Positions 10,656 to 19,479 of a stretch of 64,000 nucleotides of DNA are shown one piece after another. The position numbers and the translations under genes are program-made. Each line of letters starts with the position of its first letter. Within the stretch, counting starts at the first letter, position 1. This stretch comes from Candidatus Giovannonibacteria bacterium (GTDB lineage: Bacteria; Patescibacteriota; Minisyncoccia; JACPKW01; UBA11713). The notes beneath the pieces were generated by a model. That model worked only from the letters and a program-made list of their open reading frames with translations. It had not been told where the DNA came from and did not search any database. The stretch lies in assembly GCA_016186825.1 (NCBI GenBank), contig JACPKW010000005.1, positions 66,025 through 130,024 of the forward strand. Direction: 5' to 3'.

Positions 10656-11156
10656 TTAATTTAGTACCCAAATGGAGTAGTTGAGATATGCGGCAAAGCT
10701 GACCCAAAGAATGTACGGAACGAGAAGCCAAGCGGCCGGTTTGGAGATTTTTGCAAAAGCGATGATGGTGGCGAGAATGGCGAGCCAGAGGAAGATGATC
10801 TCGACAAACGCGATGCCAATGTTGTTAAGACCGTTTAAGGTGAGCGAAGTCGAACCGAAAAAAATAATTGACCAGAGCATGTTTAAGACAAGCTGACCGA
10901 GGAATATGCCGAGAGCGATTTTTACATCCCTGCGATCCAGTCCCTTTTTCCAAACAAGGAACGCCGCGATGCCCATAAGCACGAACAGCGTCGTCCAGAC
11001 AGGTCCGAACACCCACGCGGGAGGATTAAGCGCAGGCTTCACGAGCCCGCCATACCAGTTCGGAATTACTGAGACAGTAAAAAACGAACCGATTATACCG
11101 GCCAATTCCGAAACACCAATCGCAATTATTAATTTAAAAAAATTATTAAGCTTCAT
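10656..11156 (-). CDS. tspO: TspO/MBR tryptophan-rich sensory protein
   Basis: WY..L.KP..NPP.WVFGPVWT.L, LLVPYILWVSFA.YLN. Confidence 0.93.
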   Translation of the reverse strand: MKLNNFFKLIIAIGVSELAGIIGSFFTVSVIPNWYGGLVKPALNPPAWVFGPVWTTLFVLMGIAAFLVWKKGLDRRDVKIALGIFLGQLVLNMLWSIIFFGSTSLTLNGLNNIGIAFVEIIFLWLAILATIIAFAKISKPAAWLLVPYILWVSFAAYLNYSIWVLN

Positions 11157-11168
11157 AAATTTGATTTG

Positions 11169-11210
11169 TTACAATATCCTTAAAAACTGGAGTTTTTAAG
11201 GATATTGTAA
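11169..11210. repeat. Perfect 42 bp palindrome (20 bp arms), putative operator or terminator
   Basis: TTACAATATCCTTAAAAACT-GG-AGTTTTTAAGGATATTGTAA between the ArsR-like gene stop and the tspO start. Confidence 0.8.
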
Positions 11211-11492
11211 TGTCTTTTGAAACGACTGCAGAAAGTGGGCAAATGTTTTGCCATATGGTGACAGGGTGTGCTCCACAAATTTACCGCGGTACTTTTTATT
11301 CAGAAGTCCTGCCTGACAAAGTCGGCGTGTGTGTTCGCCAATAGTTTTTTCGTTGGCACCAAGTGCCTCAATAATATCCTCGAGCGTTATCCCGTTACGT
11401 TTCGCAATAAGAAGAAGTATATCAATCCGGTAATGATTGGCCAACCCCTTCAGATGCCGCTCCATTTGTTTCGCCGTCTTTATTTTTACCAT
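11196..11492 (-). CDS. ArsR-like winged-helix transcriptional regulator
   Basis: LKGLANHYRIDIL...EKTIGEHTRRL.QAGL. Confidence 0.85.
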   Translation of the reverse strand: MVKIKTAKQMERHLKGLANHYRIDILLLIAKRNGITLEDIIEALGANEKTIGEHTRRLCQAGLLNKKYRGKFVEHTLSPYGKTFAHFLQSFQKTLQYP

Positions 11493-11498
11493 AGTTAT

Positions 11499-11540
11499 AT
11501 TATATACAATACACTTACATTCTCAAGTTTTTAAGGATGT
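11499..11540 (-). promoter_or_regulatory. Sigma70 promoter with overlapping palindromic operator
   Basis: Minus strand TTGAGA-16nt-TATAAT; ACATTCTCAAGTTTTTAAGGATGT overlaps the -35. Confidence 0.6.
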
Positions 11541-11753
11541 CAGTTGGGTTTATTTTCTTCTGCATGAGCCGTGATCTAGATATTGCAACTCTTGTGCTCC
11601 CGACACCACGCTTCGCATTTCTCCGCGCACTTCTTCTTGAAGTAAGTGATTGACCTCGGGCCAGAGCTTTACACCTCCACACCAAAATTTTGGTGTATTG
11701 AGACGAGTTTGACAAGCTGGCGAAGTGTAGCAAAAAACTCCCGTCTTCTAATT

Positions 11754-13019
11754 TTATTTTAAGCAAGACCGATAAAGTTTCAGATGATCCAAAACCAGAC
11801 GCGGGAATAAAAAATTCTCCAAAACGGTTTTTCTCGCAGTTTTACCCATTATTCTTTTCTTTGACGGATGGGATAAAAGAAAAATTATTTTTTGAGCCAT
11901 TTCCTCGGGAGATTTCACAATAAAGCCGTTTTCCCCATTTTGTATCTGTTTTCTGATTCCCGAAGCCGGGCTGCCGATTATCGCCTGGCGTTTCCACATT
12001 GCTTCCGTGACCACCAAGCCAAAACCTTCTTTGACGGAATTTTGAACGATGACATCAGCCGCGTTTTGCGCCATAACGGTAAACTCTAAAACATCTTTTC
12101 CTTTTGGATCAAAAAATAAATAAATATCGCGGGATTTGCCGGCAATAGCAGCAATATCTTTATAAACTACCATTGCTGCTGGATTATCTTTGGCAGTGTT
12201 GAAGCCAACCAAAGCCAGTTGCGCGCCCGGGTAGGTATTTTGAACTATTCGGAAGGCCTGGATAACTCCCATCGGGTTTTTCCAAACATCAAAGCGCGAT
12301 ACCTGCGCAACGAGAGGACAACTTGCTGGAATGCCGCCGTGTTTTTTTAAATACAGACGGGCAACTTTTTGGGAAACAATCTTTTGCTTGGGAGCCAGAG
12401 GATCTATGGCCGGCGTGAAAACTTTTATTTTGCGTCCCGGCAAACTGCCGCTAACAAAATTGCGATTACTGAAAACAATTCGATGATAGGATGCAACGGC
12501 AGGAAGAAGTTTTTTCCAAACCTGTCTAAAAACAGAAGAGGTGTCAATATGACTGAAATATATTTTATGCTTATGAAGACGCGCGAGATGTCCAGCCAAA
12601 AGAAGTTGGGGATCATTTACGGCCAAAACATCACAATCAATTTTATCAAGCTCGGCGGCGATGCGCCCGCTTAACCTTTCATATTCAGTCCATTCCCGAC
12701 CGCTGATTTTTACCGGCGCGCCTTGCAAAGCGTTGTGAATTTTGTTGGTTACCTCAAAAAACTTTTTGCTGACGTCGGGATTGATAAAATACCAGTCGCT
12801 TTCAACACCTAAAGAACGAAAATACAGGACGAGACTTGCAAGTATTTCCGCGACGCCTCCGCCATCCGCTACAGCATTGATATGCACCACTCTTTTCCCC
12901 CGAAGATAAGAGGCCTGCTTCAATAATTCCCCTTTTTGCCCCTCCGGCATAAATCTCAAAAAGTCTGCTCGGCGTACTTGTTTTGAAAGAATGATTTTTC
13001 GGATATTTAAATTTTTCAT
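11754..13019 (-). CDS. GT4 glycosyltransferase, trehalose synthase TreT-like
   Basis: HINAV..GGGVAEIL, QVSRFD.WK.P.GVI, QNS.KEGFGLVVTEAMWK. Confidence 0.85.
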   Translation of the reverse strand: MKNLNIRKIILSKQVRRADFLRFMPEGQKGELLKQASYLRGKRVVHINAVADGGGVAEILASLVLYFRSLGVESDWYFINPDVSKKFFEVTNKIHNALQGAPVKISGREWTEYERLSGRIAAELDKIDCDVLAVNDPQLLLAGHLARLHKHKIYFSHIDTSSVFRQVWKKLLPAVASYHRIVFSNRNFVSGSLPGRKIKVFTPAIDPLAPKQKIVSQKVARLYLKKHGGIPASCPLVAQVSRFDVWKNPMGVIQAFRIVQNTYPGAQLALVGFNTAKDNPAAMVVYKDIAAIAGKSRDIYLFFDPKGKDVLEFTVMAQNAADVIVQNSVKEGFGLVVTEAMWKRQAIIGSPASGIRKQIQNGENGFIVKSPEEMAQKIIFLLSHPSKKRIMGKTARKTVLENFLFPRLVLDHLKLYRSCLK

Positions 13020-13061
13020 AACTCCTTATTTTCTTTTTGAATCACTTTGACCATATTTTTG

Positions 13062-13103
13062 ATTGTACACAATACCCCAACATTCTCAAGTTTATAAGGA
13101 TGT
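13062..13103 (-). promoter_or_regulatory. Sigma70 promoter with overlapping operator (copy of the 11517-11540 motif)
   Basis: TTGAGA-16nt-TACAAT; ACATTCTCAAGTTTATAAGGATGT. Confidence 0.6.
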
Positions 13104-13129
13104 TACGCGCTGGATGCGGACTAACGGAC

Positions 13130-13454
13130 GGATGCTCTAAATTTTCCACCGAAAACCTTTCGGACACTCTAAAATTTTTCCTCTCCGGACTCAAAACCAC
13201 CAAAGGAATTGAAAGAAATCTTTTTGCTAAAAAGTTTCTTTCAAACATTTTCTATTCCCCCGAAAGCATTAAAATCCGCTTCACCCCGTTAGAAAATTCT
13301 TTTCTAACGGGGGTTCATTTCTCGCCAAAGCGTCCCGCCGTGGCGGGACGCGGAGCGAAGCCCAGCCCCGCTTGTAGCGGGGCTGGGCGACCTGCCTGCC
13401 GGCAAGGCAGGGCGAACCCTCTCGTCTTCAAAAAATGAGTTCGTATCTAGTTTC
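13130..13454 (+). pseudogene. Probable decayed end of an earlier tRNA-integrated element (possible recombinase C-terminal remnant) containing several short palindromes
   Basis: Ends in GAGTTCGTATCTAGTTTC-TTGGCTCC, resembling the recombinase-end arm GAACTCGTATCATACAAT-TTGGCTCC; hairpins at 13284-13312, 13331-13350, 13361-13387, 13391-13411. Confidence 0.4.
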
Positions 13455-13653
13455 TTGGCTCCATACCCTGAACGAAATCCGAACGCATTTTCAGGAAACC
13501 TCCGACGAATGAAGCCGCCCCGCCGCCGCTCGCTAACGCTCGCCAGCCAGCAAAAAAGTTTTCTCTGCATTTCTGATTTTGCGCGCGCCGGATTTCTCCC
13601 CCCAACCCCCTCCTGCCGAGCCGTCCTCACGGTTGGCGGTGGCGTTTATTTCT
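13455..13653 (+). repeat. Left arm (P'), inverted repeat of 18996-19265
   Basis: 13455-13583 = revcomp of 19137-19265 (129 bp); 13596-13653 = revcomp of 18996-19053 (58 bp). Confidence 0.95.
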
Positions 13654-13656
13654 AAA

Positions 13657-15147
13657 TTATAAAGTTTTATGAAGTGCCTGCCAAATTGAATACATCGCAT
13701 ACGTATCAAGCCCACAATATATTTTTAGATCGTTTATGGATTTCTCTTTTTGGGCGTCGTTAAAACCGCCACTTACGATTTTATTCCAAGTATCTGCGGC
13801 ACTTCCACCATCTCGTATTTCAAGCTCTTTGTATGATAATTCAGGAACTAAAACAGGCAAAATTCTTTTTATGGAAGTGCCGCCCCTAAAGTCTCGGTGT
13901 ATATGATATTGTTTTCTAAAAATATCTTCCAAGTCATACACGCGTCCTTTCAAGGAATCCATAAACGATTTCATTTCGGGAATTCTAATCGCAATCTCGT
14001 CGTTTCTTCCACACTCAAATCCTTTGTGCCAAACAATAATACTCCCAGTCGTACCCAAATGTTTTTGTAACGATTCAGCAAATGATTTACTCGGATCATC
14101 GGACGCAACGTGTAAAAACTCATAATGTTCCGGTTTGCTTTCCGGCGACTTCAAAACATCAACGGAATATTGGAACGGTATTTGATGGTAGGGGGAAAAC
14201 CCGTCAAATCTTGGAATTGCCGCTGGAAACGTTTCGTAATCTAAAAAATATAAGGGGAATGTTAAAGCATCAAACTCTGCTTTGATTTTTTCTTTTTCAA
14301 CCAAAACTTTATTCAGAATATATGTGTCAACCTGGCCCTGTTGAATATCGGTTAGCTTGATATGGGAAGGAATTTTATCGAGGTGAAAAATATTATTATC
14401 AATCAATTCCTTCAGTTTTGCTTTACTGTTTCCTATGCGCGCTATATCGTGGACGCTATATTCTGGAACTTCTGGATTTGAATGCTGAAAGGTTGAACAA
14501 TGCTTGGAGCGTCCTTTATAAACACAACAGCAATATCCGTTTGGTTTAGTCTCTTGAGAAAGATATTCAAGTGCCCCTTGCGATTCATTGGATACTTCTG
14601 TTGTTAAACTTTCAACTTCGCTAGTGACATCGACAATCTTAAATAAATTTTGAATGTCAAGATCATTCGTTCGCACATATTCCGAATTCAAATGTATTAT
14701 GTATGCCTTGTCGATTTGTAAACCATGCTTTCTTAGTAAGTTAACTTGAAAAGCTAGGTCGTGATAATGAGTTTTGTTATCTACGTCGCTTGTTGATTTT
14801 ATTTCGTATACAAAATAACCACCGCTCTCCGGATTAAACTTCAAAACATCTATTGCCGCCAAAAGATTACCACCAACAAAGACAGGTTGAAACAGGATTT
14901 CTTGATGCTTTGCAATGTAATCCTGCGTAACTTTTTGCCCTTCCTCATCTCGCCGTTCAATTAAAACGCCGCCTGGAAATAATTTCCGCGCTATCAATTC
15001 AACTTCATTACCTGTCTCCATGATGGACTTTTCAAATTCAGATAATTCAGATTCAGAATAAATGTCTGGTCTATGTATTTTATACCAGACATTTTGAGGG
15101 CATTCTCTATAAAGAATATAATCAGTTTTTGTAAGTGTAATAGTCAT
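13657..15147 (-). CDS. DUF2779-type protein (PD-(D/E)XK-like N-terminus plus RNase H-like C-terminus)
   Basis: LTKTDY....ECP, D..EIKS..DLAFQ, YFLDYET, QIPFQYS, SIK.ILP.L, YCGLDT. Confidence 0.82.
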   Translation of the reverse strand: MTITLTKTDYILYRECPQNVWYKIHRPDIYSESELSEFEKSIMETGNEVELIARKLFPGGVLIERRDEEGQKVTQDYIAKHQEILFQPVFVGGNLLAAIDVLKFNPESGGYFVYEIKSTSDVDNKTHYHDLAFQVNLLRKHGLQIDKAYIIHLNSEYVRTNDLDIQNLFKIVDVTSEVESLTTEVSNESQGALEYLSQETKPNGYCCCVYKGRSKHCSTFQHSNPEVPEYSVHDIARIGNSKAKLKELIDNNIFHLDKIPSHIKLTDIQQGQVDTYILNKVLVEKEKIKAEFDALTFPLYFLDYETFPAAIPRFDGFSPYHQIPFQYSVDVLKSPESKPEHYEFLHVASDDPSKSFAESLQKHLGTTGSIIVWHKGFECGRNDEIAIRIPEMKSFMDSLKGRVYDLEDIFRKQYHIHRDFRGGTSIKRILPVLVPELSYKELEIRDGGSAADTWNKIVSGGFNDAQKEKSINDLKIYCGLDTYAMYSIWQALHKTL

Positions 15148-15148
15148 A

Positions 15149-18100
15149 TTAAGATTGTATCCATCCTTTATCTTCTAGCTTTCCAATGACAATGCGTCCG
15201 ATTGTCGCATTATCTTGAAATGAGTAGATCAATCCAGCATGGCGTGTTTTCAAGCCAATCCATGTTTTTACTTCTAGCGCAACCGCCAAATTTTTACCAT
15301 CAGGTGATAGCTCGGCCGCCTCAACTTTGCATTTTCCACCCTTTAGCGAAGCGGACACATAATCGTTTATCGTCTGCCATAACTCCGGCTTATCAGATTT
15401 TTTCCTTGTTCCATTCAAAAGATTGAATAACAAATCTAGATGAAATGGGGCTTGCGTGGAAATAAATTCTGAATATACAGGTACCCCTGTCAGCTCGCAA
15501 TCTTTTAGATCTTCGGGATGACATTTGCGACCACTCCACGAACAAGACCTTGCTTCCGAAGGAGAACAGAAATTCCCAATAATAGAACGAACGGCTTCAG
15601 TTTCAAGGAGGGGCGCACCAGACAAGTTGCTGAATATAAATTCTTGCTTATGGCCCGTCTTGCCAGAAACAACAGATTTTAGCTGTTCATCGTTTCGATA
15701 TTTTTTCCCCGATATTTGGCTAACTGCCAATTCACTTTCAAGAACTTCTGATTTAGTGAATTCACATATTCCAAAATATTGCGCTTCGGCACGCTTCCCA
15801 CTTAGAACCGATGTCTTTAAAAATTTTTTAGCAACCATCTCTCCGGTTACAGCTGATTTTTCCGCCTCATCAACCAAAACTCGCTTCTGGCTGAATGCAC
15901 AGAGAACAGTGTGCTCTGGATATGCGAACCGACTACTTATCTCCGATTGGACCAGAAAATGTCGAAGTGCAACTTGTTTAGTAATAGCGCATTGACCGAG
16001 ACAGTCGCGGGGTACTACCTTGCCGGATTTCATACATTTATCCATTTCAGGCGATATCACCTTTGTCGAAAAAGGAGTTATGGTCAATAGACTTCTATAT
16101 TCGCCGCCCTCATCAAATTTGTATGACACTCTTGTTTTCAAATCTCTATGAACGGTGCCTTCAAGACCAACCAATGAAATTTCTAATCTGGGAGTAAATT
16201 CGTCTTCAAGTTTTTTCTTTTTGCGTAGATCGTTACCCGCCGAGGCCATTTCCTGCTCTCTCCTCTCGGTATAAAAGCGACAGAAATCCAAAATATTTGG
16301 ATCTTGCATTGCTTTTTCTGCTAACTTTTTAGAAATTGCACCTATTGTCGTGGGGTTTTCTATTTGAGCACCTATCGGCTCAAGTCCAATCTTGGTAACA
16401 AAGTTGAAATGTTCTTCTGGAGAACATTCAACCTCAACCAATCGCTCATAACTATCATGAGCCACGGTTGCACGAACTCTTAACAACGCCTTACCTGCAA
16501 AATGCCTCGATACGTCTTGTATATCAATTTCTCTAAAATCTGCCCCGAAATTTTTGACCCAATCATTTGCAATTTTCTCGGCTCCCATGTGAGGATTTTG
16601 ATCGTTATCGTCCACGAGATGCAATCCGACATTTGTAACCTTACTCACAAGGCGTTCAAATACTGCCGTACCGGGAGCGTACAAAATACTTTCTTCTTTG
16701 CCGCTCAAGGTATTGTTATCAAATCGAATTAACTCTCTTTTTCCACCGAGATGCGACACGACCATATTGCCATCTTCCTTAAGTTTCGCACCAAAATCAG
16801 ATAGAGCAGTTAATACAAAAGTGCGAGCATCTATGGTGTGCTCTGTCTGCGGTAGTTTAGGACAGCGCGGACCAAAATCCTGCATGTCTCCCATACCGCC
16901 GAGAAGTGAATTAATGTTCTTTTCTTCTTTTTCTAGCTCTGATTTTGCGTTTTTTATACTTTCTTCGGCTTGCTTGGTTGCTCGCTCCACGTCCTTACCC
17001 GCTAGCGAAGCAACGACTAATTGTCTTATCTTCTCCTCAAAGCCACTCGATCCATTTTCCTCTCCCTCGTCGATTCCCGACGCTTCAAGCAGAGCCTCAA
17101 TGTCTCCGATTGCATGAGATGCCAACTGCAATTTTTCCATTAATCTGCCAACAATGTACTCCTCAAAAGTATTTTTTAAGACGATGTTAAAAATAGATAC
17201 GTTTTCAAAATTAGAAGACAATCGTTGAATACGACCGATACGTTGTTCAACGATCATCGGATTCCATGGTAAATCATAATTAACTAGAACGTTTGCGGCT
17301 TGTAGATTGATACCCTCTGAACCAGCTTCGGTTGATACAATAACGTGAATTTCGGGTAAATCCTTCTTAAACTTCGCAATAGTTTCTTGGTTCCTAGTAT
17401 TAGAATCACCGTTTATAAGTCCGCAAGAAATTTTTTCTTTTTCAAGAAAACTTTGTATTGCTGTTTGAGTTTCGCGCCATCGAGTGAACACAACTAACCG
17501 CCACGTGTCTGGTTGTTCCACTCTTAGTTTTTCAATCAAAGCACTAAGTCCTTTTAATTTTGTCGTTGTCTTAATGTCTTTCGCAATTTCTTTAACATCC
17601 TTTGCTAAAGATTTTGGCGCGGTATCCTTTTTCGCCATTCCTTCTAGTAGTTTAACTAGCGCCTCGGGGCTACTTACAAGTGCTTGTAAGATTACTATCT
17701 GCGAAAGGTAATTTAGTTCTTGGATTGGTTTCGCAATTACCCTGAAAAGATCTAACTCCTTTTCAGATGGTTCAACTTTATGCATCAGAACTTTTCTTTC
17801 AGGGAAGTGGAGCTTTGCGTCTCCTCTGCGCACACGAGACATATATCCATAGACAATCGAGCGAAATTCATCACGCATTTCCGGTTTAAGTTGGCGTGCA
17901 GTAGTCCGACTATCGGCTATAAATTTTCGAGCGAATGTACCTTGATTGCCAAAGGGATTTTCATGACCTCGTGCAACGGTTAATAAATCCACCAAGGAGT
18001 AAAGATCCCAGAGACGATTTTGTATTGGGGTAGCAGTTAGCATCAGAACATATTTGAATAACCTATCAGAAAGCGCCTTGCGAAATCTTTGTGCAACTTG

Positions 18101-18667
18101 TGGTGTAGGGTCAACGCCGTAAAGATTTCGCAGTTTGTGTGCCTCATCAAGTATCAGCATGTCGAAGCCGTCCTGTTTGATTCTATCGAGATACAATCTA
18201 GCGGTGTTATAAGTTGTTATCACTGCTCCCGTCTCCTCGGGAGGTTCTGCAGTGATAAGTTCTCTGCCGGTAACAATCACTGAAGGGATATCGAATTTAA
18301 CATCCAATTCCTCTTTCCACTGCTCGCGGAGTATTTTCGGGCAGACCACCAATATTTTCGAAATCCTTCCTCGTGAAATGAGTTCACTTACAACCAATCC
18401 GGCACTTATTGTTTTTCCAAGACCAACATCATCTGCCAACAAAGTGACCGGAAGACGACGGCAGAAAGAAATAAGATTTGTAACTTGATGATGGTAGGGC
18501 TCAACACGATCGCGCCATTTACTTTCCGATCGCATATCCTCCCTATCTTCAATAACGATAGGTTCAACCAAGTCCCACTCAAGAGCAGCCCGATACAAAC
18601 CATACTTTTCTGGAGTAGAAGCTCTCTTTAGTGTTCTTGTCTGAAATGGTAGCTGAGATAAATCCAT
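15149..18667 (-). CDS. SNF2-family helicase with long Cys-repeat C-terminal extension
   Basis: LLADDVGLGKT, DEAH, LTATP, EGINLQ, YDLPWNP..VEQRIGRIQR; repeated C.(S/T)G units. Confidence 0.9.
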   Translation of the reverse strand: MDLSQLPFQTRTLKRASTPEKYGLYRAALEWDLVEPIVIEDREDMRSESKWRDRVEPYHHQVTNLISFCRRLPVTLLADDVGLGKTISAGLVVSELISRGRISKILVVCPKILREQWKEELDVKFDIPSVIVTGRELITAEPPEETGAVITTYNTARLYLDRIKQDGFDMLILDEAHKLRNLYGVDPTPQVAQRFRKALSDRLFKYVLMLTATPIQNRLWDLYSLVDLLTVARGHENPFGNQGTFARKFIADSRTTARQLKPEMRDEFRSIVYGYMSRVRRGDAKLHFPERKVLMHKVEPSEKELDLFRVIAKPIQELNYLSQIVILQALVSSPEALVKLLEGMAKKDTAPKSLAKDVKEIAKDIKTTTKLKGLSALIEKLRVEQPDTWRLVVFTRWRETQTAIQSFLEKEKISCGLINGDSNTRNQETIAKFKKDLPEIHVIVSTEAGSEGINLQAANVLVNYDLPWNPMIVEQRIGRIQRLSSNFENVSIFNIVLKNTFEEYIVGRLMEKLQLASHAIGDIEALLEASGIDEGEENGSSGFEEKIRQLVVASLAGKDVERATKQAEESIKNAKSELEKEEKNINSLLGGMGDMQDFGPRCPKLPQTEHTIDARTFVLTALSDFGAKLKEDGNMVVSHLGGKRELIRFDNNTLSGKEESILYAPGTAVFERLVSKVTNVGLHLVDDNDQNPHMGAEKIANDWVKNFGADFREIDIQDVSRHFAGKALLRVRATVAHDSYERLVEVECSPEEHFNFVTKIGLEPIGAQIENPTTIGAISKKLAEKAMQDPNILDFCRFYTERREQEMASAGNDLRKKKKLEDEFTPRLEISLVGLEGTVHRDLKTRVSYKFDEGGEYRSLLTITPFSTKVISPEMDKCMKSGKVVPRDCLGQCAITKQVALRHFLVQSEISSRFAYPEHTVLCAFSQKRVLVDEAEKSAVTGEMVAKKFLKTSVLSGKRAEAQYFGICEFTKSEVLESELAVSQISGKKYRNDEQLKSVVSGKTGHKQEFIFSNLSGAPLLETEAVRSIIGNFCSPSEARSCSWSGRKCHPEDLKDCELTGVPVYSEFISTQAPFHLDLLFNLLNGTRKKSDKPELWQTINDYVSASLKGGKCKVEAAELSPDGKNLAVALEVKTWIGLKTRHAGLIYSFQDNATIGRIVIGKLEDKGWIQS

Positions 18668-18672
18668 AGTTA

Positions 18673-18873
18673 TTACAGCAATTCACTCGGTTTGACCCCA
18701 AGTGCTTTGGCCAATTTTTCAATATTTTTTAAAGCCATATTTCTGACCCCGCGCTCAATGCCGGAAATATAGGTTGGATGCACACCTAAAATCTTCGCGA
18801 GGTCTCCTTGCGACATCTTCTTCTGTAGACGCAACTCTTTTACTTTTTTGCCAAACTTAACGGAAATATCCAT
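18673..18873 (-). CDS. XRE-family HTH regulator (controller-like)
   Basis: MSQGDLA..LGVHPTYISGIERGVRN..L.NIEKLAKAL. Confidence 0.92.
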   Translation of the reverse strand: MDISVKFGKKVKELRLQKKMSQGDLAKILGVHPTYISGIERGVRNMALKNIEKLAKALGVKPSELL

Positions 18874-18995
18874 AGTTTTTCCACTTTATCACATATTGCA
18901 ATATTTTTCTATATAGAATAATATTTCTATATGAGTATCAATGGGAGTTCCAAAAACTTGTCCGCGCACTGGGAGGGTGGGGCAAGGACAAGAAA

Positions 18996-19383
18996 AGAAA
19001 TAAACGCCACCGCCAACCGTGAGGACGGCTCGGCAGGAGGGGGTTGGGGGGAGGAATGCCGAGCCGTCCGAGCGAATAGAAAAGAGGCCAGCCCCGCCGC
19101 CTGCTCTGTTAGGAGCAGAAGCCAGCCAAAAAGTTTCGCAAAATCAGAAATGCAGAGAAAACTTTTTTGCTGGCTGGCGAGCGTTAGCGAGCGGCGGCGG
19201 GGCGGCTTCATTCGTCGGAGGTTTCCTGAAAATGCGTTCGGATTTCGTTCAGGGTATGGAGCCAAATTGTATGATACGAGTTCACCGCCTCGGGGCTTCG
19301 CCCCTCGGCGGGCACATCAGCAAGAATTTTCCACGACTTTTTGGGTTCAAAGCAAATCGCTTGCGAGCGCAAAACGTGGTTCG
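18996..19383 (-). repeat. Internal inverted copy of the predicted attP (P-core-P')
   Basis: 19258-19383 is the exact revcomp of 20828-20953 (126 bp); 18996-19265 is the revcomp of the left arm; the two overlap at the core GGAGCCAA (19258-19265). Confidence 0.92.
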
Positions 19384-19479
19384 CCGCGCAAAGCGCGGAG
19401 TAAATGGAAATTTACAGCCAATTCTTTTTCTTCCGCCTTCGGCGGAAAGCAAAGCGATAATTTTTAGCCCAAAAGCGAT

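Noticed and set aside
11540-11650. Minus-strand fragment KCAEKCEAWCREHKSCNI*ITAHAEENK
   Set aside because: Looks like a decayed small Cys-rich gene with an internal stop and no clear start; too weak to annotate.
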